The notes beneath the pieces were generated by a model. That model did not search any database. It was given only the letters and a program-made list of their open reading frames with translations, and was not told the origin of the DNA. A DNA stretch of 64,000 nucleotides from Octopus sinensis (Eukaryota), in the NCBI RefSeq assembly GCF_006345805.1, contig NC_042997.1:85994001-86058000 (forward strand), given 5' to 3'. Within the stretch, counting starts at the first letter, position 1; the number at the start of each line of letters is the position of its first letter. Of the stretch, positions 60,043 to 64,000 are shown in pieces. The translations under genes and the position numbers were made by a program.

Positions 60043-61200
60043 TGACTAAGCAATAAAAGCAAAACACAAACTTACTCTATAGGACATGCTCTGACTGTAT
60101 CTTCCTTGCCAAAAATGTCTATAACACATCTTGACCAGACTGAATCATAGCACTCCAGCATGGTTAACTTGCATTTGTAATTCTTTTTAATCAGCTTCTA
60201 CCAAAAGGGAGGCCTGCAGACTTGGTCTGATCACTACAACAATCACAGCTAAAATGAACAAATATTAAAAAAAAAGAAAGAATTTAAAGAAAGAAACATT
60301 AAATATTAAGCACAAATAAAGGCAGCAGTGTTTAAAAGTGTTTCTGGCAAAACTCCTGCGAATGAAACTAAAAACTAAGTTGGGAAAAAATAATTTATGA
60401 TGTCTTGCACTTTGAGATTTTTCCAAATGTTATTGTCATCATCATCATCATTATCTGCTTCTTCTTCGTGTATATGTGTGTACGTTGTGTGTTTGTGTAT
60501 TTATAGACTCATTCTTATTTGTGTATGTGTGTGTGTATGTGTGTGCTTATCCACACACACACACACACAACACTCACATGGGTGTACAAGCAAACGAAAT
60601 TAGCAGTAAACTCATGTTGTGGAGGTTAAATGTTTGTATTAATATTTGACTTGGGTATGCATTACTGAAATTTTCATAGACACAAGAAACCTTTCAGATT
60701 ATTTGAATGCAAGCGTACTGAGTGGTGAGGCAGCAAAGGCATCTAAGTAATACTGTCATTGCATGATAAATGACACTTAGTGCTTACTGACCATTCTAAG
60801 TCAGTAATGTCAGTAAATTAATGATGGGTAAGTGTTATGCCAACTGGTAGGGTGGCTACTGGATGGGAGGAAACTCTGGTGCAATAGATAGATGTATTCT
60901 CCCTTGTGTTACCCAGATTAATAGAATGTCAATAAAGTCACATAGCTTCTCATTTTCTCCTGAAAATGATGTGCCCTTATGCAAAATTTTAGTCACCTCA
61001 AGGCAAATTTGTAGAGAACAAGTTGAAGCTTTGCAAACATACGGACATGTAGATATATTCTTTTTATAAATTAACAAGATTGCTACTGTGATTCAGCATG
61101 GCCACAGTCAAGTGACTGGAACAAGTGAAAAGAATAAAAGTACCTGCCCTTGCCTGATTTCTTCAAAGTATGAAGATAATTCACATAGATAATTCAAATA

Positions 61201-61562
61201 GATGCAGGCATGGCTGTGTGGTTGAGAAGCTTGCTTCCCAACTATGTGCTCTTGGGTTCAGTCCCACTGCATGGTACCATGTGCAAATGTCTTCTACTAT
61301 AGCCTCAGACTGACCAAAGCCTTGTGAGTGGGGTTTGGTAGATGGAAACTTAAAGAAGTCTGTCACATCTTTGCACTGGGTTTGCCTCCACCTTCTGCCA
61401 CCACTGGTGCTGGTTTGCTTATGCTCTTGTAACTTAGCAGCTTGGCAAAACAGATTGTTAAAATAGGTATAATACTTGAAAAAATAAATACTGAAGTTAA
61501 TTTGCTCAACTAAGCCCTTCATGGCAGTGCTTCAATATCCCCACAGTCCAATGACTGAAACA
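61201..61562 (+). mobile_element. SINE family B, full length
   Basis: GATGCAGGCATGGCTGTGTGGTTGAGAAGC..GGGTTCAGTCCC..AATGACTGAAAC. Confidence 0.85.
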
Positions 61563-62101
61563 AAACAACAAAAAAAAAGAAGTCTTTTATGATCTCTTCC
61601 TTGAAAAGCTATAGCCTTATGTTCAGATAGTTAGATGCAAAACTGTAGCATAAACTTATGTACATACATTTGTTTTTATATATGGGCAATTACGCTAAAC
61701 TCTGAGTCAATACACTGCAGTGTTCAGTAGAGCTTACACAAGCAATGTATCAAAATGTTAAAACATATTACTGATATATTGTACCTTTTACCACCCAGTC
61801 CATCTGCATGTGTTTGGGGGTTATGGAGGGTTGTTTAGCTTTGACTGAGCAGACATTCCAAACTTGACCATCCTGTCTTTCTGTATATCAGCATGCTTGT
61901 TTTAAGATGGCAGAATATATGCTATGGACATTTAGCTATTATTTGTCACAGATGCAGTAACCACACAGATATTCCTCATTGCCTTATAAGCACTGGCATT
62001 GTTTTTGTTGTTGATGTTTTTCCCCAGCTAAGCCTTGATCAAAAGCATGACAATCATCATCAACTTGTCTTTTTAGGAGTATCTAGGACTACATTATTTA
62101 A

Positions 62102-62305
62102 ATCTTTAGCATTTAATCCAGCCATATCCAGCCCAAATGTTCTACCTGTTGAATGCTATGATCCACCAGATACATGTAATGCCATTCTAAAAATATACCA
62201 AATGCACTATTGAAATCTTGAAGCTACAAGATAATGTATGATTAATTCAAATCAGTGTGAAAAAATAAATATTACATTTGACAAAAAAATCTGAATGTTA
62301 AAGGA
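62102..62305 (-). mobile_element. piggyBac-like MITE M1
   Basis: TTAA at 62098-62101 and 62306-62309; inverse of 24321-24525. Confidence 0.8.
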
Positions 62306-63106
62306 TTAATATGTTCTTTTCTTATTTACACCGTAGGGAGAAATTTGATGATGACTTGTCTTTTTTTTTCTAACGGCCCAAACAACAATGAAGAGATTTT
62401 CTTCTGATTCAAAACCTTTGGGGTTTTTAATGACTTTACAAATTGGATTTGATTATAGCACTTGGAGATTAGGATGTCTAGAGGAAGGAGCTTTGCTCAT
62501 TGCCACAGGAGGTGGTTGGTTAGTAACATAGCACAGAGCTTAAACTTAGTTCACATATTGATGTTGCAGTTATTTTGATTTGCTTGTGTGTTTGTGATTT
62601 CCACTGGATCAAGTGGGAGAGACAGCCTGTAATTATAATATGTTCACATAAAGGAAATATAACAGCCTTCTTTGAAGCACATTACTCAACATACTTCAAA
62701 GAATTTGACCTTGCAAGGAATGAAGATTTAAAGAAGAGAAACAACAACAGACAAAATAATAGGTTACACATTTCTTATTTGTATTCCTTATTTGATTTCT
62801 TTTTAAAGTTGTTTTTCATTTTCAAGCAATTTTAAAGTTAATGGCTAATTTTCTCATTTTAATGCATTTTACAGAGTCAGTTTTCTTTGGAATAACTGAA
62901 TGGCTACTAGTTTTACATGGGATGAAGAAAAGAAAAATGTTTTGGAATGAGTGAAAAATTAGAAACTAATTTAAATCTCAAATTGTAAAATTTTTCTTGA
63001 TGCAGTGACATTTTTATGGGACTGTTCAATGCAGATTATCATGCTATAAAGATGACTGTTATATAAAATTTTACTTTTATTTATTCTTTTTATTTGAAAC
63101 CCTTAC

Positions 63107-63239
63107 TGTTTCTCATCAAATTCCAAAACATTTGCATGACTGGCATTGATTTTTTACAAAATTTGTCTTTGGCATATGCCGTTCTGACTGCCGTTCTCAC
63201 TGACTCAATGGAAGATCTTTTCTTGAGATGATGACAGAC
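63107..63239 (-). CDS. Candidate 133-nt coding exon of an unidentified gene
   Basis: Acceptor gttcatttcatAG (plus 63240-63241); donor ACA|GTAAGG (plus 63101-63106); open frame VCHHLKKRSSIESVRTAVRTAYAKDKFCKKSMPVMQMFWNLMRN; non-repetitive, with CpGs. Confidence 0.33.
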
Positions 63240-64000
63240 CTATGAAATGAACATTGTTGAATCTAGTATTCTCCTGTTGGGTGAATTCTTTACTGTAGCA
63301 ATCACATGCAATCTATAAATAGAACAAGCAGATGTATTCAATGAGAAAACTGATCTAAGATGTGTGGTAACCCTTGTCTAAAGCTGAGTTCTACAACCAT
63401 TGCTTGTTACTTTCTTTTGACCCAATAAGTATGTCCAAATCAAATTAACATACACTTGTTAATTATACAATACAGGCATTGATCATAGCATTCTAAAGTA
63501 TCAATTTACACATCAGTTTTATTCTTGATCCAGCAGGTATTTCAACCATGCCCATTCCAATTTTTCCTTCTTTTTTGTTACCAGATATTATATCTAGCTC
63601 TACATTATCCAGTGTGCCTTTCCTAGGATGGTAAGGTGTGATTTGTGGGAGATTTGGCTGCTACTTCTTACAAACACATAGAAGTTGTCTTTAAATATTT
63701 AGTGAAATAAATCTAGAGTCCTTTCCAAGCAACCTGGTTCCGAAGTAAGGCTATAGAAGAAGTTAACCTTTTGTGAGGTAAGCTTTAGCTGCATAAATAT
63801 TTGAACCCAGTACTGTAAACTAATGAAACATCAATGTTTATTGTGCTACCACTTCTGACATCCTTTGCTACCTTTTTACAATTGTTTTATGCAGAAGTCT
63901 CTTGACTGACATTAATGTAGTGTTAGTCAGTGAGATAACATGAACCAGAACCCTTATGTAGTCTGCCACCTCTATTGATTCAGCTTGTGGCACTGTGACA

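Noticed and set aside
60856-61077. ORF with a faint hAT-transposase-like stretch (KGTSFSGENEKL)
   Set aside because: Similarity is too short and there are no TIRs or further motifs.
62575-62835. 86-aa plus-strand ORF and a 15-nt minus-strand micro-exon candidate (62695-62709)
   Set aside because: The ORF starts at TTG and has no recognisable domain or splice boundaries. Micro-exon-like signal pairs are expected by chance in 64 kb of AT-rich DNA.
63717-63777. Plus-strand segment ending in GAG|GTAAGC
   Set aside because: No polypyrimidine acceptor, and all three frames contain stops.

Overview
This is AT-rich, CpG-poor animal genomic DNA, almost certainly intronic or intergenic. The tRNA-derived SINE families, RTE-LINE consensus-like fragments and microsatellite load point to a coleoid cephalopod (Octopus); that is an inference from repeat content, not a database result. 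No complete protein-coding gene is visible, and nearly all ORFs in the supplied track are microsatellite or SINE artefacts. The window is a layered transposon fossil record: dozens of SINEs from at least 5 families, RTE and CR1 LINE remnants, three Penelope-like (PLE) coding fragments, two Tc1/mariner-superfamily relics (one DD41D rosa-type with both TIRs) and TTAA-flanked piggyBac-type MITEs. Several insertions are nested and have readable target-site duplications. Most worth a second look: (1) type I hammerhead ribozyme folds, one with a canonical core in a PLE 3' repeat and two copies of a U3-A8 covariant form; (2) a plus-strand AG|GTAAG recursive-splice-like site with a 57-nt exon; (3) a ~530-bp segment duplicated 13.2 kb apart whose core is far better conserved than its flanks; (4) a young ~53-bp inverted repeat enclosing ordinary host DNA; (5) two candidate minus-strand exons. 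All coordinates were read by eye, and repeat boundaries are approximate (about +/-10 bp) unless a TSD or TIR is quoted.
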